DNA of 64,000 nucleotides from a virus. Positions 38,841-47,524 of the stretch are shown here, one piece after another. A program made the position numbers and the translations under genes. The notes under the pieces were generated by a model, which was not told the DNA's origin, searched no databases, and saw nothing but the letters and a program-made list of their open reading frames with translations. The stretch covers positions 4,467-68,466 of IMG/VR virus record IMGVR_UViG_3300021389_001814, one strand, 5' to 3'. Position 1 is the first letter of the stretch. Each line of letters begins with the position of its first letter.

Positions 38841-41384
38841 TTAAAAACTCCTTGCAATTGCTGCTCTAGTTGCAATTCTGTTAACTGCGGTATCAAACGG
38901 CGGTCCGCTAAGTTCACCAGTATCTGCATTTATTTCCATTCCGCCAATAAATAATGCGGAACCTTTGTCGTCTTGTCCACTAGCAATAACTTGTCCACGA
39001 TCCAATTCTAGAATACTTTCTTGTATTGTGTTTTGGTTATTAACTGGTGGTATTTTTGTAAGCGCAACACCAGCCATAATACCAGTCCAAGTGTGGCCTA
39101 TTGCGGTAATCGTAGAAGGCTCACTTTGTTTAGTTGGATTCATTATTGTTTTTGTTATTGCGTTTATTGTTTCATTTATAATATCTGCTGTATCTGGGCC
39201 GGTATTTATATCTACAGATATTATTGAAATTATCTGATCTCTCATATATTCCCAAGAATATATGAATGCACCCAATAGTGTTTTGTTTTCTACATTTATG
39301 TATCGTAGAACATCGTTGGTAATATCATTAGTATTGTTTATAATAAGATCGTATGAATCTTTGTAATCTGCGCTTACCCAATCTGTTGCAGGCAATAGTT
39401 TGACTGGTGGTGTTCCGTCGCTACTTATTGTTCCAATTATATCATCAATTCTTGATAGTACAAAGGCCACGCCATCCCCAGTTACGGCATCTGCTGTGAA
39501 ATATCCAGAAATTATATTTTTCAACTCACTGTATGCTGCGAGTGTTGCTGCCTTCTCGCCTGTTCCTAACTGAGACTGGGTTCCGACGAAATATGCAATT
39601 GCGGCATTGTAAGTTTCAAGATTTCCACCATATGTCAAATCATAAGTAATTGCATCTATAATATAACCAACATCTCGTCTACAAGCGACTGCATCATAAG
39701 TGAAAGACGTAGTGAATGGAGATATATTTCCACTTATTTGGGCTGCAATCCAAGTATCCAAATCATCTTGAATTTCTGTTTTGTTTGTGGTTAACGAGAC
39801 TCTTGCATCCCCGTATCCAATCAGATAGGTATTATTATATCCAGTCGGATAAGAATACGCATATGGGTCTGCTGCAGTTGTTCCATTTTGTATTATATCT
39901 AATAATTCCGTAAATAGTGCATTTGATCTTGAAAGCGAAACAGAGTCGCTAGGATTTATATAAGATTCCAATACTTGTTGCTGTCGTGTTATTGCTTGAA
40001 TGGTAACATCTAATTGATCATTAACTACTTTGCTTGCATTTTGTCTATAATACGCCAATCCTGCATTTATTGTTCTAACATTACTGTCGAACATAATGTC
40101 ATAGGCAATTGCCTGATTGATCAATAGAGTGTCACGATAGCATTTATCATAATCATATGACGCTTCTACAAACGCCCTGTTTCCAGTTGTATCAAAAAAT
40201 CCTTTGGCAAAATCTTTTACAGGAGTTTCATCAGCAGTTTGCAACATCCACACCAATGATTGAATAAACAATCCGGCATCTCTCTCTGTTAAAGTTTCAT
40301 AGTCAGATGGCCAATCTGTGGTGAAACTATTATTATTTAAATCAGTTATTAATCCTGATATTATCAAGTCGGTTGCGGTGTTTATTAGCTGCGCAGAACT
40401 TTCGTCAACGGTTAAAGAAACTGTGGCGCTTACATTATATGGAACAATTAAATCTCTTGTCCCTTTTGCCACAAGAGTATAATCTCCGAATTGTGTTGAA
40501 CATGCTGAAAGAATAATTTGACCACCATCAATGGCATAAAAATGTTTATGCGCCCATAGACTTATAGCATTAACTGCGTTTATTAGTGCGCCATTTTTTG
40601 CACAATATCCGATACCATTGTGTGATACTGGTGTTGCTCCCCACGTCATAATGTTTGGGAATATGCTATCTGGGTCCAATACCGAGGCATCTGCGAGAAC
40701 AACCCCGCCACCACGACCAGCCAATGGATTTCCATTTTCTCTATCAAGCGGAGGTGCAATTGTAGTCCAATATGGCACAGTTCTGACTGCAATTTTATGC
40801 GCATAAGGAACTCTTGTTATTTTTGCGCCTGGTCTGAACACAACAGCAAATCCTTCGGTCGGATTTTCTAAATCGTCTAATCTCCAATTTTCAAAAATTA
40901 TACCTTCTAAAAAGCAACCAGAACCAAGTCTAAAAACATTTCTTTCTTCAAACCCTGAAATCGGCCTTACAAATACACTCCGGTGGACTGCTTGAATAAC
41001 TGTGTTATCTGGAACATCTAGGTGTCCTTCTGTTTCATATATGCCAGGGCCAATTTTTATAAGAGTTAACCCATTTCTAAGTTCTGCGGCCAATAATGCG
41101 GCTTCTATGGTTCCAAAAGCAGCACCCCATGTGTCACCATCGTTTGAATCGCTTCCTAATTTTTGAACATATATTGTATTTTCTACTGGACCAGATGAGG
41201 GGAATTCTACTATTTCTTCTTCTGTTACAGTTTGCTGAATTTCGGTATCAAAATATTCTTTAAATGTTTTTAAAAATATTTTTCCATCATAGGTATTAAC
41301 TGCGAATTCACCCAATTCCAAATCACTTAATAGTGGAATTTTACCGTTTACACCAGATTGTTTTTGAATTATTTGTGATGACAT
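38841..41384 (-). CDS. Virion structural/tailspike-like protein (beta-helix plus helical CxRD repeats)
   Basis: LELGEFAVNTYDGKIF N-terminal motif, YVQKLGSDSNDG...IKIGPGIY pectin-lyase-type cap, KCYRD/ACRRD repeats. Confidence 0.7.
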   Translation of the reverse strand: MSSQIIQKQSGVNGKIPLLSDLELGEFAVNTYDGKIFLKTFKEYFDTEIQQTVTEEEIVEFPSSGPVENTIYVQKLGSDSNDGDTWGAAFGTIEAALLAAELRNGLTLIKIGPGIYETEGHLDVPDNTVIQAVHRSVFVRPISGFEERNVFRLGSGCFLEGIIFENWRLDDLENPTEGFAVVFRPGAKITRVPYAHKIAVRTVPYWTTIAPPLDRENGNPLAGRGGGVVLADASVLDPDSIFPNIMTWGATPVSHNGIGYCAKNGALINAVNAISLWAHKHFYAIDGGQIILSACSTQFGDYTLVAKGTRDLIVPYNVSATVSLTVDESSAQLINTATDLIISGLITDLNNNSFTTDWPSDYETLTERDAGLFIQSLVWMLQTADETPVKDFAKGFFDTTGNRAFVEASYDYDKCYRDTLLINQAIAYDIMFDSNVRTINAGLAYYRQNASKVVNDQLDVTIQAITRQQQVLESYINPSDSVSLSRSNALFTELLDIIQNGTTAADPYAYSYPTGYNNTYLIGYGDARVSLTTNKTEIQDDLDTWIAAQISGNISPFTTSFTYDAVACRRDVGYIIDAITYDLTYGGNLETYNAAIAYFVGTQSQLGTGEKAATLAAYSELKNIISGYFTADAVTGDGVAFVLSRIDDIIGTISSDGTPPVKLLPATDWVSADYKDSYDLIINNTNDITNDVLRYINVENKTLLGAFIYSWEYMRDQIISIISVDINTGPDTADIINETINAITKTIMNPTKQSEPSTITAIGHTWTGIMAGVALTKIPPVNNQNTIQESILELDRGQVIASGQDDKGSALFIGGMEINADTGELSGPPFDTAVNRIATRAAIARSF

Positions 41385-41416
41385 ACTTCTTTATCCTATT
41401 ATATTGATGTTTATAG

Positions 41417-41424
41417 TATTTATA
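41417..41424 (-). promoter_or_regulatory. T4-type late promoter
   Basis: TATAAATA upstream of 41384. Confidence 0.6.
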
Positions 41425-41427
41425 CTA

Positions 41428-41913
41428 TTAATATGTTCCGCCTTCTATTCTTCCTTCAAACAGTGTGGCAGTCACGGTTCCGTCAACATCTATTTCACTT
41501 TGTGGGTCTATTTTATTAAATCCTACATAACCAGTATCGCTATCAACAAAAACAGATGCGTTTGTTATACTATTTCCAGTAAAAGTTGGATTCATATAAT
41601 ATCCACTGTTTGTAAATGATGCAGTTATGCTTCCAGCATTATAAACGTTTATCACGTCTTCTGTGCCATCATTTTCTATTTTTACACCAGTATCTAAATC
41701 ATCATTTAATATGAAATTACCAATTGGCATCCAATTTGTTTCATCTTTTACTTCAAACACGCCCTTTTCACTATTATACCTCATTGAACCAACGTATTCG
41801 CTTGCGCGTTCAGCAGTATTACCAACAGGCAATACAATATTACCAGTCATAGAGTATTCAACTTCGTTTGTTTTTGAAACAATCTGATTTATTTGATATG
41901 TTACTAATGACAT
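41428..41913 (-). CDS. Small fibre protein
   Basis: LPVGNTAER...GSMRYNSE...FE fibre motif, GYVGFNKIDP..EIDVDG, ends IEGGTY. Confidence 0.7.
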   Translation of the reverse strand: MSLVTYQINQIVSKTNEVEYSMTGNIVLPVGNTAERASEYVGSMRYNSEKGVFEVKDETNWMPIGNFILNDDLDTGVKIENDGTEDVINVYNAGSITASFTNSGYYMNPTFTGNSITNASVFVDSDTGYVGFNKIDPQSEIDVDGTVTATLFEGRIEGGTY

Positions 41914-41936
41914 AAAAATTCTCCTAACAATATAAC

Positions 41937-41953
41937 TATTTATCCTATAAATA
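41937..41953. promoter_or_regulatory. Back-to-back late promoters
   Basis: TATTTATCCTATAAATA between the divergent genes starting at 41913 and 41979. Confidence 0.65.
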
Positions 41954-41978
41954 CTAAAATAGATTAGGAGAAGTGATC

Positions 41979-44213
41979 GTGGCCAATAAATATGTGAATT
42001 TCGGATTCAGAAGAGATAAGAACCTGTCAGATTCCACAAGTGGGAGAAATGTATTAGCAAATATACTAGACAACTTGGCAATTAGCCAAAATGAATCATT
42101 TGTTCCAGAAGACATTTATGTTATAAATGGGTTAAAGGGAACTAATATAACAACCAACGATTTTACTCAATTGGCAAACACGCATGAACTAGTATATGAT
42201 ACAGACATACAGTCAATTATTTCAGCAAGGCCACATGTCACACTTAATGATAGGATAGCGAATTATAAAGTTTTCACGGGAGACCCAGTATATGGCCCAG
42301 GGGGAACTGGACTAGAAGCTATTGCAATCCCACAATCAAATATAGTAAATTCAATAGACAATACAACAAACGGTGATACAATTTTTACAGACGACGACAA
42401 TGTTGTTGAACCTTTTGTTTTTTGGGATGACGGTATATTTAATTTTAGCAATTATATTTATCCAACATTTGTAGATCAAAAAGGCATGTTACAATGGAAT
42501 GGATACTTTACTCCTAATTTTGCAACCATAAACAATTCTATAGAGGTAAGCACTACTGGGTTTGTATTAATAGAAGAAAATAGAGAAGATACAGTAGATG
42601 GCTGGGTTACTAAACTATTTTTATACGAAAAAGAACATCAGATATCATTGGATGTACCTTCTGAAATTACTACAAATGTAATAGATTTGGGAGATGACTT
42701 TATATTTGCTTTTGTAGGTCAAACTATAAATGAATTTCCAAATGTAATTATAACGAACATTAATCCAGACAATAATACAATAATATTAGACCAAGATATA
42801 ACTCTTTTTGCTGGTATAAATTTACTGACATTAAATAGCAATATAGGCGAAGATGATTTAAGAAGTACGTTTAGGTTATTAAGCCTTTCAAAAAACGAAA
42901 AAATAAGAATAAGAATAACCGTTTGGTGGCCAGACGATTTACCATCTGGCCAATTTTATAATAACCGAACAATAAGATTTGACTATCTGGGCAACACTGG
43001 AGGAAACTCAGCGCCTTTTCCATATTTTAGTACAACTTCTGAAAATGCAGACTTTAGTAATTCGCCAGAAAAAATAGAATTATTTATAGATTCTAGATTA
43101 AGCGGAACCAATGATTATACCGAAGATGATTTTTTTGTTGCTAACAAGTTATTGATAACTTATCAACCGCCACTTCTTATGTCAGAAAAAGTAATATATG
43201 AAAATAAAACAACTGCATCATATTATGGGAGAAAACATGTAATTGCACCAAGCGATATATTCTCAACATGTAAAGAAGGAGATTGGTTGCTCGTATCTGA
43301 CGAAAGTGATCAAAATGCAAAAGCTTATAAAATAGAAGAAATAAGAAGCCAATCGTCTGTATTTTTAAAAGAAGAAATAGATTTAATAGGGCCATATCCG
43401 CAAGAATTTAGTTTCCGTGTAGTAAAAAATTCCGGGCTTGTTGGCATATATTACCAACAAACAAATTCGGTGTTTTCTTTAATAGATAATTTTAGCTCAG
43501 AAAATGTGAATTTTTCTTTAGATGATTTGCGAAGTGACCACATATTTTGTTTTGCATCTGTTTTTGAAGGTGTAAATACTGATTTTTATAGATTGAATAA
43601 TATAAATTATTCAACAGGCGCGTATGAATATCAGAATTTTCAAAGTCTTCCCGACAATCTTTCTGGACTATATGGGTTAGTATTTGTCTACTCCGACAAG
43701 GGATTAGAGGATAGAAGTAAAGAAGCATTTTGTCAAGGAGTATTATCAAAGGAATTAACACAAATAGCATCCTCTGGAACAAATATATTAAGTGTAACAA
43801 ATACTACTGGATTAGAATTAGACGATTATGTGCAATTATCTGGATTTATTGAAAATGGAACACAAATAGATAGTTTGGACGAAATTAATAATACAGTTAC
43901 TCTTAAAAATTCAACAACACCTATAATAACATCGGATATCCCAAACGGAACTACTATAACAGTTTCTCCAGATTCTGTAAACCGAGAACAATGTTCCGTT
44001 GTTCTGAACACTGCCCCACCATTTGAGGGGACAGATACCGGACTAAAGACACAATCATCTAGTTCTGGTGTATGGGCAAATGAAATAAAATATGATAATA
44101 TGAATTTAACTACATCTAATCCAACTGAAGAACTGCTAAGTGCATCAAACAATTATACAAAAACAATAGATATTATATGCGCAGGAGCTAATTATAAATT
44201 ACTTATTCAGTAA
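41979..44213 (+). CDS. Virion structural protein (possible PA14-like domain), inverted relative to neighbours
   Basis: About 744-aa ORF; AGGAG RBS favours GTG at 41979; end motifs shared with 44203/45158. Confidence 0.7.
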   Translation: MANKYVNFGFRRDKNLSDSTSGRNVLANILDNLAISQNESFVPEDIYVINGLKGTNITTNDFTQLANTHELVYDTDIQSIISARPHVTLNDRIANYKVFTGDPVYGPGGTGLEAIAIPQSNIVNSIDNTTNGDTIFTDDDNVVEPFVFWDDGIFNFSNYIYPTFVDQKGMLQWNGYFTPNFATINNSIEVSTTGFVLIEENREDTVDGWVTKLFLYEKEHQISLDVPSEITTNVIDLGDDFIFAFVGQTINEFPNVIITNINPDNNTIILDQDITLFAGINLLTLNSNIGEDDLRSTFRLLSLSKNEKIRIRITVWWPDDLPSGQFYNNRTIRFDYLGNTGGNSAPFPYFSTTSENADFSNSPEKIELFIDSRLSGTNDYTEDDFFVANKLLITYQPPLLMSEKVIYENKTTASYYGRKHVIAPSDIFSTCKEGDWLLVSDESDQNAKAYKIEEIRSQSSVFLKEEIDLIGPYPQEFSFRVVKNSGLVGIYYQQTNSVFSLIDNFSSENVNFSLDDLRSDHIFCFASVFEGVNTDFYRLNNINYSTGAYEYQNFQSLPDNLSGLYGLVFVYSDKGLEDRSKEAFCQGVLSKELTQIASSGTNILSVTNTTGLELDDYVQLSGFIENGTQIDSLDEINNTVTLKNSTTPIITSDIPNGTTITVSPDSVNREQCSVVLNTAPPFEGTDTGLKTQSSSSGVWANEIKYDNMNLTTSNPTEELLSASNNYTKTIDIICAGANYKLLIQ

Positions 44214-45156
44214 GTAATAGGTAATATAATTCGCCATTTACCATAACTGGTATTTTATGAGTTGCATCTATACTTGTTGACGGAATCGTAGTGACAGTTG
44301 GACCTGTTATATCTGGGTCAGTTAAAAATATATTTCCAACTGTCATTTGCGTTGATTGGGTAGTATTATAACCGCCGTTAGTGGTTGTGTCCCAAGGGTT
44401 TGTATTGTCGCCAAATGCCCGTAACGGGTTCAATTCTTCAGATATAATATATACGCCAGAATCTGTATCTTCTAGCGTTTCTTGTATTTGGACTTTATTT
44501 CCAAATTCGTCCAAGTTTAAAACTTTTACACTGCCTTCAATTTCTAGTTTATCATATAATAAGTTTTCTTTATTTAATAATATAGAATTGCTTTTCTTGT
44601 ATATATAATTGTTAACAACATTATCAATTTCTGTTATCAACGAGTTTATAGAATATTGTCCATAAATATCAGTTATATTTTCTGTTCCGGATTCCGATAC
44701 AACGCTGGCGGCAGACAATTCGGTTTGATTTGAATCATTTGATGTTTTAGTTGGTGGATATCTATCTGGAGATAAATTTAATATATTTTCGTATGTGACT
44801 GAATCATTTCTTACCATATCACCAGTAGGAATATACGAAGACCCATTTACTCTTCTAAGTTTAAATTTATCAAGTCCGTTTGATTCGTACACATACGCGG
44901 TTATCCCATCTACTTGAATTTTATTATTATTTGCAAATGGTATTATTGTAGCGTTTGTCAATATTATAAGTTCACCATCTAATTCATACTCATCTGAGTA
45001 TATTGTGCTAGTATTTCTAAAATTGTTAATAAACAATTCAATATCTGCAGATGCCCCAACACCGGATTCGGAAGTAAGGTTGTCAAGAATTAATCTGTCT
45101 TTTCCGGCAGTATCGCTTTCGTTTAGTGCGCGTTTTATGATGTGTCCTATAGCCAT
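44203..45156 (-). CDS. Hypothetical virion protein
   Basis: 317-aa ORF ending HKIPVMVNGELYYLL; closely spaced in the structural operon. Confidence 0.7.
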   Translation of the reverse strand: MAIGHIIKRALNESDTAGKDRLILDNLTSESGVGASADIELFINNFRNTSTIYSDEYELDGELIILTNATIIPFANNNKIQVDGITAYVYESNGLDKFKLRRVNGSSYIPTGDMVRNDSVTYENILNLSPDRYPPTKTSNDSNQTELSAASVVSESGTENITDIYGQYSINSLITEIDNVVNNYIYKKSNSILLNKENLLYDKLEIEGSVKVLNLDEFGNKVQIQETLEDTDSGVYIISEELNPLRAFGDNTNPWDTTTNGGYNTTQSTQMTVGNIFLTDPDITGPTVTTIPSTSIDATHKIPVMVNGELYYLLLTE

Positions 45157-45157
45157 G

Positions 45158-47524
45158 TTATAACAATATGCTCCAATTTTGTGTATTTCTCAAAAATTCT
45201 ATTTTTTGATTTACTGTTTCGTCAGAATTTATATCCGCAAGATTATAGTTATTTCCTAAAAGATTGACACGAACGTTAGCTCTGTTACGCAAATTCCAAT
45301 TTTCATACAAATCATCTATTATAGACTTTATAGATGAAGTAGTTAAATTATTGTTGGCAATATTTAAATCTCTTAATTCAGTATTTTCTACAAATGAACC
45401 ACTATTATAAAAATCAAATGAATTGTTAGAGTAGTTTAATATTTGAATTCTAGGACAACCGGACATTGATGTAATCGGACCACTTAAATTATTTGAATAA
45501 ACATACAATCTTCTTAGATTTGCACAAAGTAATTCTGGAAAAATATTGATAGAATCGCTTTGTAAGTTATTTCTGGAAATATCTATTACTAATATGTTTT
45601 GTAAAGATATGTTAGGGACATTTCCAGAAAATTCTGAATTCATCAAATACAAGTATCGCAATAATATATTTTCATCAAAATTTGGAATTATCCCTGACAA
45701 ACTGGTATTGGTTATGTATATTCTGAACAAGTCTGTGTTTCTAGAAAAATCTGGGAGTGGCCCAGTTATATTTCTATTACTATAAGCATACACATTTTTC
45801 AAATTTGGCGTATTATAGAATGTTTGACTTTCGAAAAAATCACCACTATAAAGAGAGCCAGCTATATATAAATTTTGTAAGTTTTGCGCAGTAGCAAAGG
45901 TGGCATTTTCAAGAGAACCACTCAACCGTGTCCATCTTAAATCAGCAGTTGTTAGTGAGTCTAGTCCAGAAAATACTTGTGCAATATCACCTTCTGCGTC
46001 TGTTGCGTATATCGTAATTTTTTCAAGAGAAGGACAATTTGCTATTTTTCCAACGAATGATTTATCTCCAGTGAGATTTCTACTATAAGTATGTTCGTAA
46101 TAAGTCAGATTATTTTGATTACTCATATCAATTATATTATGAGGATTACTGCTACTTTTAAAATACGTCATGTTGGTTGAAGAAACCCGCAATTCGGTGC
46201 TACCAAGATATTCTTCGCTCAACTCAGTTATATTATTCAAATGTATATCTAAAATTTTTAAGTTTGTTGCCTCAGCTATAGAAACTTCAAGTTTTCTAAA
46301 TCGTTGGTTCTGTATCCTGTATTCCTCTATCGTGCTAGAATTTACAACTGGTGTTTCGTCAACATATTCCATAAATCTTTGACTTCCGCCGTAATAGTAT
46401 GAATTCATAGTAACGGATTTCAAGCTGGTCAAAGAAGATAAATCCAATAATTCATTATAATCAAAACATCCACTAATGTTTAAGGTTTCAAGTGTATTTG
46501 GTATTCTAGATATTTGTTCAGATAATGTCAAATCTGTTCTAGTTAAATTATTTCCAAGTATGTTTAATACACGTAGCGAAGGCGCTATACTATCAAAATT
46601 TGGCATTTCTCTTAAATCATTATTTGAAAAGTCTACCTGTATAAGAGAATCCATCGTTGTTAGCGGAAATTCAGATATGTTCATAGAAGGCATAAGTATT
46701 TTTGTTATTCTACTAGGAACATAATAGAATTCAATATTTCTCTCGCGCGATGCAATATCTTGAAATTGTAAAGTAAAAGTAGAACTTACATTTTCGTATT
46801 CGTATTCTATATTATTTTCAGTGTTTTGAACTCTCCACGATGGGCTTATGATACCATCAGGATTCACATTTATAGAAAACGATGCAGACTTAAAGAACCC
46901 TGTAAACGATAGAGGAATTCCTCTCATTGCATAGAATTTTTGAACAGTTCCATTTATTTCCATTTCTACTAAATGTGTTGCTACTTCTGCAGAATATCTT
47001 ATAGGAGATGGAGTATGCGTAGTATTCAATCCTGTGACCCTTAGTTTACTCTGGGACGTAATAGTATCTGGTATTATTTCCAAATCACCTCCATAAAAAA
47101 TGGGAGAAGTTGGTGTTGGGGGATTGTCAAAAGAAGACCAAGAAGAAACGCGACTAGTAGAAATGTCAGATGACTTTATTTCAACATTTTCAAAATCTAT
47201 ATACTTATATTTTATAGCTTTTGCGGCTAGTCTAGAATTTGCATTTAGATTAGAAGGTTGTGGGTCTTTTGCTATAGGAAATTCTTCTAAAATTTGTATA
47301 TATCTATTTGTTGCAAAATCCAAACTTATAAGTTCTTTTTTTACATCCACCTCTAATCCGCTTATAGTTTTTATATCATTGCTGGATACGCCGACCTCAT
47401 TTATGCCTCTAATTATGTTTACATCATCAATGTCTATCCCTATATTGCTAAGTGATACACGAGTATCCTCAATATCGTTAAGGTAGTTAGAGGTATTTAA
47501 CCCATAGTAAAATTTTGAAGCCAT
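45158..47524 (-). CDS. Leucine-rich repeat protein
   Basis: Many LxxLxIxxNxL(S/T)G repeats, e.g. LRRLYVYSNNLSGPI. Confidence 0.85.
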   Translation of the reverse strand: MASKFYYGLNTSNYLNDIEDTRVSLSNIGIDIDDVNIIRGINEVGVSSNDIKTISGLEVDVKKELISLDFATNRYIQILEEFPIAKDPQPSNLNANSRLAAKAIKYKYIDFENVEIKSSDISTSRVSSWSSFDNPPTPTSPIFYGGDLEIIPDTITSQSKLRVTGLNTTHTPSPIRYSAEVATHLVEMEINGTVQKFYAMRGIPLSFTGFFKSASFSINVNPDGIISPSWRVQNTENNIEYEYENVSSTFTLQFQDIASRERNIEFYYVPSRITKILMPSMNISEFPLTTMDSLIQVDFSNNDLREMPNFDSIAPSLRVLNILGNNLTRTDLTLSEQISRIPNTLETLNISGCFDYNELLDLSSLTSLKSVTMNSYYYGGSQRFMEYVDETPVVNSSTIEEYRIQNQRFRKLEVSIAEATNLKILDIHLNNITELSEEYLGSTELRVSSTNMTYFKSSSNPHNIIDMSNQNNLTYYEHTYSRNLTGDKSFVGKIANCPSLEKITIYATDAEGDIAQVFSGLDSLTTADLRWTRLSGSLENATFATAQNLQNLYIAGSLYSGDFFESQTFYNTPNLKNVYAYSNRNITGPLPDFSRNTDLFRIYITNTSLSGIIPNFDENILLRYLYLMNSEFSGNVPNISLQNILVIDISRNNLQSDSINIFPELLCANLRRLYVYSNNLSGPITSMSGCPRIQILNYSNNSFDFYNSGSFVENTELRDLNIANNNLTTSSIKSIIDDLYENWNLRNRANVRVNLLGNNYNLADINSDETVNQKIEFLRNTQNWSILL

